Shown: piece by piece, positions 50,603-62,974 of the stretch
How the letters are laid out: each line of letters begins with the position of its first letter
Position numbering within the stretch: position 1 is the first letter of the stretch
Assembly: GCF_004010195.1 (NCBI RefSeq)
Contig: NC_057759.1
Location: 7,051,346-7,115,345, forward strand
Reading direction: 5' to 3'
Origin: Chiloscyllium plagiosum
Taxonomy: Eukaryota
DNA: 64,000 bases
Made by a program: the position numbers and the translations under genes
The notes under the pieces: model-generated
The model's database searches: none
What the model saw: only the letters and a program-made list of their open reading frames with translations
Told to the model about the DNA's origin: nothing

Positions 50603-52812
50603 GTAAGATTGCAACAAAACGGAACAAGGACAGTCTGACCCAAAGCATTGAAAAAAATTGCAATCACTGTAAAATAGGAAAGAAATTCAATATTTCAAGA
50701 ATGTGACATTTCACAGATTATTATTTTGAAGATTGTTGATTGAAACGTCGTCCTGTGTGGAGTCACAGATTCCCATCTGTTGCACAGCAAGTAATGTCAT
50801 ACATTTACGAGTTAAATTCCGTGTTCAACAATCAGCTTATCTGAAGATCCAAGAAGTGTTCCTTGACCTTCATTTTTAAGCCTTCTCCGTTTGCTGTTCC
50901 AACGCACATATAGACCATCGGACCATAAGATAGAGGTACACATTTACACCATTCAGATTTCACCTGAAGAAGGAACAACGCTCTGAAAGCCTGTCCAAAT
51001 AAACCTGTTGGACTATAACCTGTAGTAGGACTTCTGACTCTGTCCAGTCCAGTACAAAATCAGCATTTCCATATCATAGACTAATGAAGTCATTTATGTG
51101 TTCTGCAATGCGATCATGGATGTTATGTTTCTCAACCCCATTCTCCTGCCTTCTCTATGTGTCCCTCGATCCCCTTATCTATCAAGAACTTATTCATCTC
51201 TGTTTTAATATGCTCAATGACTTAGCCTCCACAGCCCCTTGCGGAAATGGGTTCCATGAATTCACCACCCTCTAGCTGAAGAAATTCCCCATCTCGGTTC
51301 TAAAGAGCCATCTCTTCAGAAGGCGGTTGTGCCCCTCAGGTCCTAGTCTTTCCTACGAGTGGACACATCTTCCCCGTATCCACTCTATCCAGACCTCTTA
51401 ATATTGTGAAAGCTTCAATCAGATCCAGTTCCCCATCCTTCAAAACTCCAGTGAGTGAAGACACAATGTCCTCAACTGCTTCTTATATGACAATGAATCG
51501 CTCTTGCTGGACCCCCATGCAAGCTCAGCACATCCTTCCTTAGATAGGGTGCATAAAACTCCTCAAAGTATTCCAACTGTGGTCTGACCAGATCCTTATA
51601 CAGCCTCAGAATTACGTCTGCTCTCATATTCTAAACCCTTTGAAGTGAATGCTAATAATGAATTTGTCTTCCTGATTGACTTAATTTGTTAGTTAAGATG
51701 GGCACTGCTCTTTTCCAGTCAAAGCAAAGATACTGATAACAATTAGGAACGACAGAAATCCTTCAGGTCTGTTAACCCATCGGATGGTACTTCATACCCT
51801 ACCACCGCCAGCCTGATTAACAGACCAGGCTTAAGAGTGACAGTAAAGGAACATGTTAGACATGTTAGGAACACGGAGAAATACAGCAGCCACCCATTCA
51901 CTGGTGCTCCAGTTGTACATTTGGAACGTTTGTTAATCTTTACCAGTCAATGTAGTTTTCAGATGATTCCAATAAAAGTAATTGCCACATCAGTTGGAAT
52001 TGGAAAATAAAACAGTTTTTTTTAAATACCATCCTGCAACAAGGTGCTTGGGTAATTAACTACATTCAAAGGAACTTTTTGCTTATAAATTTCATATGAT
52101 ATGTCAACTCATTAATGCTTATCCCAAAATGTTAGATTCCCTCCAAGGAATTAAGACTCAGGCACAAGTAGGACATTAATTCAAAGTAGTAGCAGTCATC
52201 CAATGGTCCGAGATGGATGCACAAAGTGTTGGAAATTTCCAGTGACTTTGTCAGTGGTCCTTGTAACTTTTCAGACAACCATGTCATTTCACTGAAATGG
52301 AGACAGTACAAACCTGAGATCATCTCGGCAGACAAATCTGTTAAAATATTTTTTTAAAATTCTCAAATGTAGTGAAACCATAACTATACAACAGCATCCA
52401 GGGCAAACCAATCCGCTTGATGGGCATCACATCTTCAACAATTCATGCCCTTCACGGTGTGTCATTCGCAAGATACACTGAGAAATTATCAATAAACAAG
52501 GCAAAGGGAATACATGGTATATGGCAGGATCCTACGAAACATCGAAGATCATATGGATCTTGGTGTCTATGTCCACCAGTCCCTGAATGTATCAGGACAG
52601 GATAAAATGGTTCAGATGTTGATTAGGGATACTTACCTTTATTAGCCGAGATTAAAAACCGAGGTAATACAGGAACTGCATGAAACATCATTTAGGCTAC
52701 ACAATCAGAGTATTGCATGCGGTTCTCGAATCCACCTTCTGAGGGGTGGGTGTACAGGGGAGCACTGGGAGAGGGTGGAGAGGGAGATTTACCAAGATGT
52801 TGTCTTGGGGGC

Positions 52813-52849
<37 letters not shown>

Positions 52850-54499
52850 ATAGACTGGAATTATTTTCCTTAGGGTAGAGGAGATTGAGAGAGGAGCACA
52901 TGATTGAGATATATCAAATGTTGAAAGACATAAATGGGGTAGAGAAGATGAATCTTTTCCCACTTGAAGAGGGGATCAATGACTAGGGGAGGCGAATTGA
53001 TGTTAAGGGGCAGAAGGTTTGGAAAGGATCACCCAAAGTGCGATGAGGAATCTGGAACTTACAGCCATTAGGATTGAAAATGCAGAAACTTTCTTCACGT
53101 TGAAGAAGGTTGTCCATATGCACTATCGCCAAATTCGCAATGTATTAATTGATAAAATCATGAAAGGCAATGAGAACACGATCATCACTAACAGAATCTT
53201 CACACCTTCATTACCATTTATACTCCTCAGTTCCTAGAATTTATTTTTCAATTCCAACACAAGAAAGATTTTGAGCAGAACCAAACCAATGAGTATAAGA
53301 CACAGATGAAATAAATGTTCAATGGAATAACTGCAGGGAGGTGTAAAAAAGGGACTTACCATGTTAAATCGGGACACGTTAACACGAAGAAGATTCTATC
53401 ATTTTGTGCTCAGTATGTTGTTATGACAATTCACATATCCTGCGTTGGGACTTGCAAATTCTGACCCATAGGTATTCTCCTCATACATTACAATGTGAGG
53501 CTCCCATGAACACTACTGGATTCACAATATTATTGCTGGGCTAATAATTTGTGCAGGTTACTTACTTTGGAATAACCTAACACTCCCGGGAACCAACCTT
53601 GTATTTTCTAAAATGAAAACGACATATTTCTCGAAAGAAAAATGCAGAAAAATAAACACCGGTGTCATAATTTTGTATTAATGTAAATGCTTGGTGGATG
53701 CAGAATGAACGAGGACGACAAAAGTATGATAGACAGTGTGACATTGTGTTGTGTAGATTCTTTCTATTGAAGTGACAAAATGAAAATTCACTGCAATGTT
53801 GATAATTTAGTTAATATTAGCAATTGTAAGGTTACTTTTGAAGTACCACATAAATTCTGGGCATCGTGCTACAGGAAGGACGTTATTAAATTGAAGAGAG
53901 TGCAGAAAATATTTACAAGGATGTTACTGAGGCTGGAACGTTGAGCGATAAGGGCAGGCTGGACAGATTGGAACTTCTTTCACTGTAGCATAGGAGACTG
54001 AGGAGTGAATGTATCGAGATTTATAAAATCGTGAGAGGCAAAGATAATTGGTAAGATCTTATTTCACAGAATAGGGGAGGAGTCCAAAACTGGATGGCAC
54101 AGGTTTAAGGTGAGAGGGGAAAGATTGAAAAGAGATCTCAAGAAAATTCTTCTCACCCATTGAGTGATATGTATATGGAAAGAGCTGCCAGAGGAAGTGG
54201 TACAGGTGGGTACAATGACAACATTGGGGGAAAAAAATCGACAGGGACTTGGAAAGGAATAGTTTTGATGGACATGACATTACATTGACAAATGGCACGA
54301 GCTCATTTTATGAAATGGAAATGGACGTGTTTGGCCAATGGGCCTGTTTGCATTCTGACTCGAATATAGAGGACAGTGTTGCTTTAATCAAAAGTGTGGT
54401 CTTCAAGTATGAAGAACCAACGTTGAGCTGATCCCACGAACAGTTATCCCTGAGCCGATGATTCAGTTACTCTTCAGGAAATAATCCTTGCAAACTCAT

Positions 54500-54616
54500 C
54501 AGCTGCTTGATCTCTACATCTTCACTGTGCAGGAGGTCTGTCACCTCAGTTCTCACTGAGCAATGGTAAAACTCTTTTTCCGTTCTGCTGAATGCTCCAA
54601 TGTTGTAAACAAGCTC
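54500..54616 (-). pseudogene. Truncated relic of a paralogous FCRL-like Ig exon (3' half of the 16914..17198 type)
   Basis: ELVYNIGAFSRTEKEFYHCSVRTEVTDLLHSEDVEI versus ELVYNIGAVSRRHEGFYHCSVSNEATVRLHSEGIEI (24/36 identical by hand). The donor is changed from gtgagt to atgagt and the exon is cut by a CR1 tail at 54617. Confidence 0.85.
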
Positions 54617-56905
54617 GTAGAGTCATAGAGTCATAGAGATGTACAGCAAGGAAACGGACACTTCAGTCCAACTCATCCATGCAGACCAAATATCCCAACC
54701 CAAACTAGTTCCACCTGCCAGCACCTGGCTCGTATCCCTCCAAATCCTCCCTTTTGATATATCCATCCAGATGTGTTTTAAAATGTTGCTATTGTACCAG
54801 CGTCCATCACTTCCTCTGGCAGCTCATTCCATTCACGTGCCACTCTCTGAGTGAAAACGTTGCCCCTTTGGTCTCTTTTCTATCTTTCCCGTCTCACGCT
54901 AATCCTATGCCCTCTAGTTCTGGACTCACCGAACCCAGGGAAAAGACTTTGTCAATTTATCCTATCCATGTCCCGCACGATTTTATAAACCTCGATAAGG
55001 TCACCCCTCAGCCTCCGATGCTCCAATGGAAAACAGATCTAGCGTATTCAACGTCTCCCTATAGCTCAAACCATCCAACCCTGGCAACATTCTTGTAAAT
55101 CTTTTCTGAACCCTTTCAGGTTTCACAACATTTTTCCGATAGGAGGGAGATCAGAATTGCACGTCATACTCCAACAGTAACCTAACCAATGTCCTGTACA
55201 GTCGCAACATGACCTCCCAACTCCTATACTCAATACTCTGACCAATAAAGGAAAGCATACCAAACGCAGACTTCACTATCCTATCTACCTGCGAGTCCAC
55301 TTTCAAGGAGTTATGGACCTGCACTCCAAGGTCTCTTTGTTCAGCAACACTCCCTATGACATTACCATTAACTGGATAAGGCATGCTAAGACTTGCTTTC
55401 CCAAAATGCAGCACCTCACATTTATCTAAATTAACCTCCATCTGCCACTTCGCAACACATTGACCCATCTGGTCAAGATCCCTTCTAAGCTGAGGTAATC
55501 CTCTTCTCTTTCCATTAAACCTCCAATTTTGGTGCCATCTGCAAACTTACTAACTGTACATCCAAATCATTTATGTAAATGACAAAAACGTATAGAGGAC
55601 CCAGAACCAGTCCTTGTGGCACTCCACTGGTCACAGGCCTCCAATCTAGAGAACAACCGTCCACCACCACCCTCTGTCTTCCATCTTTGAGCCAGTTCTG
55701 TATCGAAATGGCTAGTTCTCCCTGCATGCCGTGAGATATGACCTTGCTCACCAGTCTCCCTTGGGGATCCTTGTCGAATGTCTTACTGAAGCCCATATAG
55801 TTCACATCTACCGCTCTTCCATCATCAATCCTTTTTGTTACTTCCTCAACAAACTTAATCAATTTGTGAGACATGATTTCCCACGCACACAGCCATGTTG
55901 TCTATCCCTAATTAGACCTTGTCTTTCCAAATACCTGTACATCCTGTACCCCAGGATTCCCTCCAACAACTTGCCCACCACCGACGTCAGGCTCACTGGT
56001 CTGTAGTTCCCTGGCTTATCCTTACCACTCTTCTTAAACAATGGCACAACGTTAGCCAACCTCCAGTCTTCTGGCACATCACCTTTGACTATCAATGATA
56101 CAAACATATGAGCAAGAGGCCCAACAATCAGTTCTCTAGCTTCCCACGGAGTTCTCGGGTACACCTGATCAGGTCCTGGGGATTTATCCACCTTTATGCG
56201 TTCCAAGACATATAGCACTTCCTCCTCTGTAACTTGGACGTTTTTCAAGGTGTCAACATCTATTTCCATCCAGACTATATCTTCCATATCATTTTGTTCA
56301 GTAAACACTGATGCAAAGTCCTCGTTTAGTATCTCCCCCATTTTCTGTGACTCCGCATAAAGGCCGACTTGCTGATCTTTGAGGAGCTCAATTTTCTCCC
56401 CAGTTACCCTTTTGTCCTTAACGTATTTGTCAAAACCCTTTGGATTCTCCTTAATTCTATTTGACAAAGCTATCTCATGCCCCTTTCTGCCCGCCTGATC
56501 CCCCTCTTAAGATCCCCTTTTTACTCCTACTGCCTTTGTAGTCTTCTAAGAATTCACTCGATCCATCCTGTCTGTACCTTACATATGATTCCTTCTTCTT
56601 CTTAACCAAACCCTCAATTTCTTCTGTCATCCAGCATTCGCTATACCTACCAGCCTTTCCTTTCACCCTAACATGAATATACTTTTTCTGGATTCTCGTT
56701 ATCTCATTTCTGAAGTTTTCCCATTTTCCAGCCGTCCTTTTACCTGCGAACATTTGCCCCCAATCAGCTTTCGCAAGTTTTTGCCTAATACCGTCAAAAT
56801 TGGCCTTTCTCCAATTTCGAACTTCAACATCTGGTATATCCTTTTCCATCACTATTTTAAAAGTAATAGAATTATGGTCGCTGGCCCCAAACTGCTCCCC
56901 CACTG
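54617..56905 (-). mobile_element. 5'-truncated CR1 LINE
   Basis: ORF2 pieces ([43 protein letters not shown]) and a CTCTATGA tail; collinear with the 58674-62974 copy. Confidence 0.95.
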
Positions 56906-58673
56906 AAAATCACCCTGAATTGTAAACAGAAACACATCCTCCTTTTGCATGCCTGGCCAATCGAAATTCCACTTGCACGTTCACATGACACACTTCGCGA
57001 GTTTTCCTTCCATCTTGCGTTTTTATTAAATAATTCATCTCACTTAATTTCATTCTAGTAGAGATTGCCCAATAGGCTTTGTTTTTAGAAGTTCATCTAT
57101 ATAACGTAGGAATATTTACACTATATCCATTAGTGAAACTTCACATTTTTACTGCTTGTTTGTTTTCTGTTTGCTCACGTGCTGTCCTACCTTAAGAAGC
57201 TGTTGAGCAAACTTACCCAGTCTATTTAATCTCCCCTAACATTTGACATACAGTCCAAAACCTTGGTCACTTAACCCTGCCTTAGCAATTTCTCCTTAAT
57301 TAATTTAAGTGGTCCTCTCACCTCATATCCGCAAACTAATCCAAATGGACTGGATTCAGTTGATTCTTTATGTGAATCCCTAATTATAAAAAACGTATAT
57401 TTTGAATTATTTTATCCCAGTCATCTGGATATTCTTGACAATAGGCCGTCAACTTGGTCTTTAATGTCAGATGTCGCCGTTCCACTACTTCCTGTAATTC
57501 TGGATGGTGTGTAGCTAATTTAAATAGCTTTATGCTGACGCTATTCATAACCGCCATGTACAATTTGATGTAAAAGTTGTTTATAGATTCATTTGAATCT
57601 CTGTGGGAGTCGATATCGAACTTTTAAAATTGGGTAAGTCTTCTTGAATTCTTTGAGCCACAATGTTGTATAATGGAATGGCCTATGGTAATCTATTAGA
57701 CACTGCATTATAGTCAACAAACACTGATTCGCACTTTTTGATTTAGAGCCTGCACTATACAATCAATTAACACTCTTGTAGTAAGATCCTCAAATGCTGT
57801 GATAGTTATTCAGGGTGCTGAGGTTTCCCTATTACTTGACATGTCTTGTAAAATTCAAACACTTCATAACACAGCCCGGGCCAATAAAAATACAATGGTA
57901 GTTTGGGTGGAGTTTTCCTTATTCCCAAATGACCTCCTCTTGATAACTCATGCGAACCAGAACATTTCTTTTCTATAACCCACTGGTAATACAACTTGAT
58001 GAATGTTTGCCCGTTTTCTTCCGCCAATATATGTGAAGGTACCCATTTCTTCATCAGAACTTCAATTTAAACATAGTAGCATTCTGTGATGCACTCTGAA
58101 GTCTTCTGCTGTGTACACCTTTTGATGCAACTACTTTGTTCGTCTTTCTGTTGTAATGCAGGTAAAATCTTGGAACTAAAAATATCCATTTTATCATTCA
58201 CTTGTTCTTTTTTTTTGATCATTTGAGCATACATGGGTTATGAGAATTAATCGACAACTTCCTTATCTTTACACTGACATCCCTTCCTGTTTCAATCCAA
58301 ACGTTGTGACCTTGCGGTGACACAGCCCGAAATAAATCCAAGGGTATATTACTGGAATGCCACAGCTTGTTTTTAATCTTCCACTGGTGTTTCAATCATA
58401 GGAAGCATCAGTCTCATCTGTGATCCAGCTCTATCATTAGAAATGCTAAATTGCATGTCCAGACCAAACAATTTCTCTGTTACTCTTGTTACAAAACTGG
58501 TCCGTCTTTCTAAAACCTGTTGCTTTTCTCAAGGATACTGTGCTCTTGATACTTTTCAGGGGGTTGCAAAACACTCCAGGCTCCGAAACGGCTGGGTTCA
58601 GTTCAGAGATAAAAGCGCATTGAGAGGCCTTTTTGTCACATGCAAACAGATGAGACTTCAGCACAAATCTTTT
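56906..58673 (-). mobile_element. Degenerate Gypsy LTR-retrotransposon internal fragment, Gmr1-like
   Basis: Minus-strand remnants in order: SNDRAGSQ, GCVTARSQ, GGHLGIRKT...FYWPG...KTCQVIGKP, RVLIDC, HPELQEVVERRHLTLKT, SPFGLVCGYEVRGPLKLIKEK, NYLIKT...CHVN. Many stops. Confidence 0.8.
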
Positions 58674-61600
58674 GTCATAGAGTCATAGAGTCATTGAGAT
58701 GTACAGCATGGAAACAGACCCTTCGATCTAACCCGTCCATGCCGACCAGATATCCCAATCCTAACTAGTCCCACCTGCCAGCACCCGGCCCATATCCCTC
58801 CAAACCCTTCCTATTGATATACCCATCCAAATGTCTCTTAAATGTTGCAATTATACCAGCCTCCACCACATCATCTGGCAGCTCATTCCATACACGTACC
58901 ACCCTCTGTGTGACAAAGTTGCCCCTTAGATCTCGTTTATATCTTTCTCCTCTCACCCTAAACCTATGCCTTCTAGCTCTGGGCTCCCTGACCCCAGGGA
59001 AAAGACTTCGTCTATTTATCCTATCCATGCCACTCATAACTTTTTAAACCTCTATAAGGTCACCGCTCAGCCTCCGACGCTTCAGGTAAAACAGCCCCGG
59101 CCTGTTCAGCCTCTCCCTGTAGCTCAGATCCTCCAACCTTGGCAGCACCCTTGTAAATCTTTTCTGAACCCTTTCAAGTTTTGCAACATCTTTCCGATAG
59201 GAAGGAGACCAGAATTGCACGCAATATTCCAACAGTGGCCTAACCGATGTCCTGGTCCAGATCCTGTTGTAATCTGTCCACTACACCTCCAATTTTGGTG
59301 TCACCTGCAAACTTACTAACTGTACCTCTTGTGCTCGCATCCAAATCATTTATGTAAATGACAAAAAGTAGAGGGTCCAGCACTGATCCTTGTGTCACTC
59401 CACTGGTCACGGGCCTCCAGTCTAAAAACCAACCCTCCATCACCACCCTCTGTCTTCTACCTTTGAGCCTGATCTGTATCCAAATGGCGAGTTCTCCCTG
59501 CATTCCATTATATCTAACCTTGCTAAGCAGTCTCCGATGGGAAACCTTGTTGAACGCCTTACTGAAGTCCATATAGATCACATCTACTGCTCTGCCCTCA
59601 TCAATCTTCTTTGTTACTTCTTCAAAAAACTCAATCAAGTTTGTGAGACATGATTTCCCACGCACAAAGCTTTGTTGACTATCTCCAATCAGTCCTTGCC
59701 TTTCCAAATACATGTACATCCTGTCCCTCAGGATTCCCTCCAACACCTTGTCCACCAGCGAGGTCAGGCTCACCAGTCTATAATTCCCTGGCTTGTCTTT
59801 ACCGCCCTTCGTAAACAGTGGCACCACGTTTGCCAACCTCCAGTCTTCCTGCACCTCACCTGTGACTATTGATGATACAAATATTTCAGCATGAGGCCAA
59901 GCAATCACTTCTCTAGCTTCCCACAGAGTTCTCGAGTATACCTGATCAGGTACGAGTAATGTATCCACCTTCAACCGCTTCAAGACATCCAGCACTTCCT
60001 GTCTGTCATCTGGACGTTTTGCAAGATGTCACCATCTATTTCCCTACAGTCTATATCTTCCGCATCCTTTTCCACAGTAAATACTGATGCAAAATATTCA
60101 TTTATTATCTCCCCCATTTTCTGTGGTTCCACACAAAGGCCGCCTTGCTGATCTTTGAGGGGCCCTATTCTCTACCTAGTTACCCGTTTGTCCTTAATAT
60201 ATTTGTAAGGATTTTGGATTTTGGACTTTGGATTCACCCTAATTCTATTTGCCAAAGCTATCTCATGTCCCCGTTTTGCCTCCTGATTTCCCTCTTAAGT
60301 ATACTCGTACTTTCTTTATACTCTTCTAAGGATTCACTCGATCTATCCTATCTATATCTGACATATGCTTCCTTCTTTTTCTTAACCAAACACTCAAATT
60401 CTTTAGTCATCCAGCATTCCATATATCTACCAGCCTTTCCTTTCACCCTGACAGGAATATACTTTTTCTGGATTCTTGTTATCTCATTTCCGAAGCCTTC
60501 CCATTTTCCAGCCGTCCTTTTACCTGTGAACATCTGCTTCCAATCAGCTTTAGAAAGTTTTTGCCTAATACCGTTAAAATTGGCCTTTCAACAATTTAGA
60601 ACTTCAACTTTTAGATCTAGTCTATTCTTTTCCGTCACGATTTTAAAACGAATATAATTATGGTCGCTGGCCCTAAAGTGCTCCCCCACTGACACCTCAG
60701 TCACTTGCCATGCCTGATTTCCCAAGAGTAGGTCAAGTTTTGCAATTTCTCTAGTAGGTACATCCACATACTGAATCAGAAAATTGTCTTGTACACACTT
60801 AAGAAATTCCTCTCCATCTTAAACATTAACACTATGGCATCCCCAGTCGATGTTTGGAAAGATAAAATCCCCTACCATAACTACCCTTTTATTCTTACAG
60901 ATAGCTGAGATCACCTTACAAGTTTGTTTCTGAATTTCCCTCTGACTATTAGGAGATCTATAATACAATCCCAATAAAGTGATGATCCCTTTCTTATTTC
61001 TCAGTTCCACCCAAATAACTTCCCTTGATGTATTTCCGGGAATATCCTCCCTCAGCACAGCTGTAATCCCTTATCAAAAATGCCACTTCCCCTCCTCTCT
61101 TGCCTCCCTTTCTATCCTTTCTGTAGCATTTGTAACCTGGAATATTAAGCTGCCAGTCCTGCCCATCCCTGAGCAATGTTTCTGTAATTGCTATGATATC
61201 CCAGTCCCAGGTTCCTAACCATGCCCTGAGTTCATCTGCCTTCCCTGTTAGGCTCCTTGCATTGAAATAACAGCGGTTTAATTTATTAGTCCTACCTTGT
61301 CCCTGCCTGCCCTGACTGTTTGACTGACTTCTGTTCTCAGCTGTACCCGTCTCAGAGCGATCTCTTTCCTCACTGTCTCCCTGGGTCCCAACACAACCCT
61401 CCCCCACCCCACCCCTCCCCCACCTTACTAGTTTAAATCCCCCCAAGCAGTTCCAGCAAATTTCCCTGCCAGTATACTAGTCCCCTTCCAATTTAGTTGC
61501 AATCTGTCCTTCTTGTACAGGTCACTTCTATCCCAAACGAGATTCCAATGATCCTAAAATATGAATCCTTCTCACATACACCAGCTCCTCAGCCATGTAT

Positions 61601-62703
61601 TCACCTGCTCTATCCTCCTATTCCCGCCCTCACTAGCTCGTAGCACTGGGAGTAATCCCGATATTACTACCCTTGAGGACCTCCTTTTTAAATTTCTGCC
61701 TAACTCTCTGTAATCTCCCTTTAGAATCTAAACCTTTCCCTTCCAATGTCGTTGGTTCCAATGTGGAAAATGACCTCTTGCTGGCCCCTCTCCCCCGTGA
61801 GAACATTCCGCAACCTCTCTGAGACATTCTTGATCCTGGCACCAGGGAAACAACACACCATTCTGCTTTTTCTCTGCTGGTTACAGAAACGTCTGTCTGT
61901 ACCTCTGACTAGAGAATCCCCTAACGCAATTGATCTCTTGGAAGCCGACGTATCCTTCATTGCATTGGAGCCGGTCTCAATACCAGAAACTTGGCTGTTC
62001 GTGCGACGTTCCCCTGAGAATCCGTCATTCCCAACATTTTCCAAAACAGCATATCTGTTTGAAATGGGTATATCTACAAAAGACTCCTGCACTAGCTGCC
62101 TACCTCTCTTAACCTTACTGGAGTTAACCCATCTATGTGACTGTATCTGAGACTTTCCCCCTTCCTATAACTGCCATCCATCACATACTGTTGCTGTTGC
62201 AAATTCCTCAGCGCTTCTCTCTGTCTCTCCAACCAATCCACTCGATCTGATAAGATTCGCAACCAACAGTATTTATGGCAGATATAATCCGCAGTAACCC
62301 TTAAACTCTCTTTAAACTCCCACATCTGACAAGAAGTACCTATCACTGCAAAGGCCATTTTTGTTCCTTCACAATCTACAGACCCAAAAAATAACACGAT
62401 CTTATTCCTGTACAAACACTGCCCCAGGTTAAATTAATAGCTATGGCTTATATTTTAAATTTAATCAAGAGACTTATCTCCAAAAACATATAATCAAGAA
62501 AGAATCCACTATACTCACTCCTACAGCCTTTCTCTTGGACAGACTTAAAACAACAATTAACTTATCTGATTTTGTGCTGCGAACTTCACCCAACAGTTCC
62601 TCTAAGATTAGTTGTGAATTTCACTGTTTGTTAATTTTCCCAGATGCACTCCGATGTCCAGCAATACACGAATTCAAACAGCAAAAGCGGTAACTGTGCA
62701 GGT

Positions 62704-62751
<48 letters not shown>

Positions 62752-62974
62752 GCACTGTCCTCACTATGTGCTTATTTTGTCTATTCTTCTCCTTTGTAAA
62801 CTGCTGTTGTTTTAACTTTTTTCACCAAAGTTCCAAAACAATGCAACAGCATACAAAACAGTAATTGCTGCTCCTGGAATTCGAGGAAATCACCTCCAAC
62901 GCCTAAAATACCTCAAAAAAGGATCAGCTCTTACAGCCAGAAACTTTTCCCGTCCTCCATCTTGGATTACCCAG
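58674..62974 (-). mobile_element. Near-full-length CR1 LINE (shark HER1-like), disrupted
   Basis: ORF1 Cys-rich/coiled region and SGNH-esterase motifs (LGDSLVRG, HIGTNDIG); APE endonuclease (YFNARSL, IIAITET); RT (NYRLVSLTS, YMDFSKAF, GVTQGSVL, KFAGDTK); (CTCTATGA)n tail. Contains frameshifts and an internal deletion near 59250. Confidence 0.95.

Noticed and set aside
52132..52337. Acceptor followed by a 67-aa minus-strand ORF
   Set aside because: No Ig, TM or Tyr-motif signature and no compatible upstream exon.
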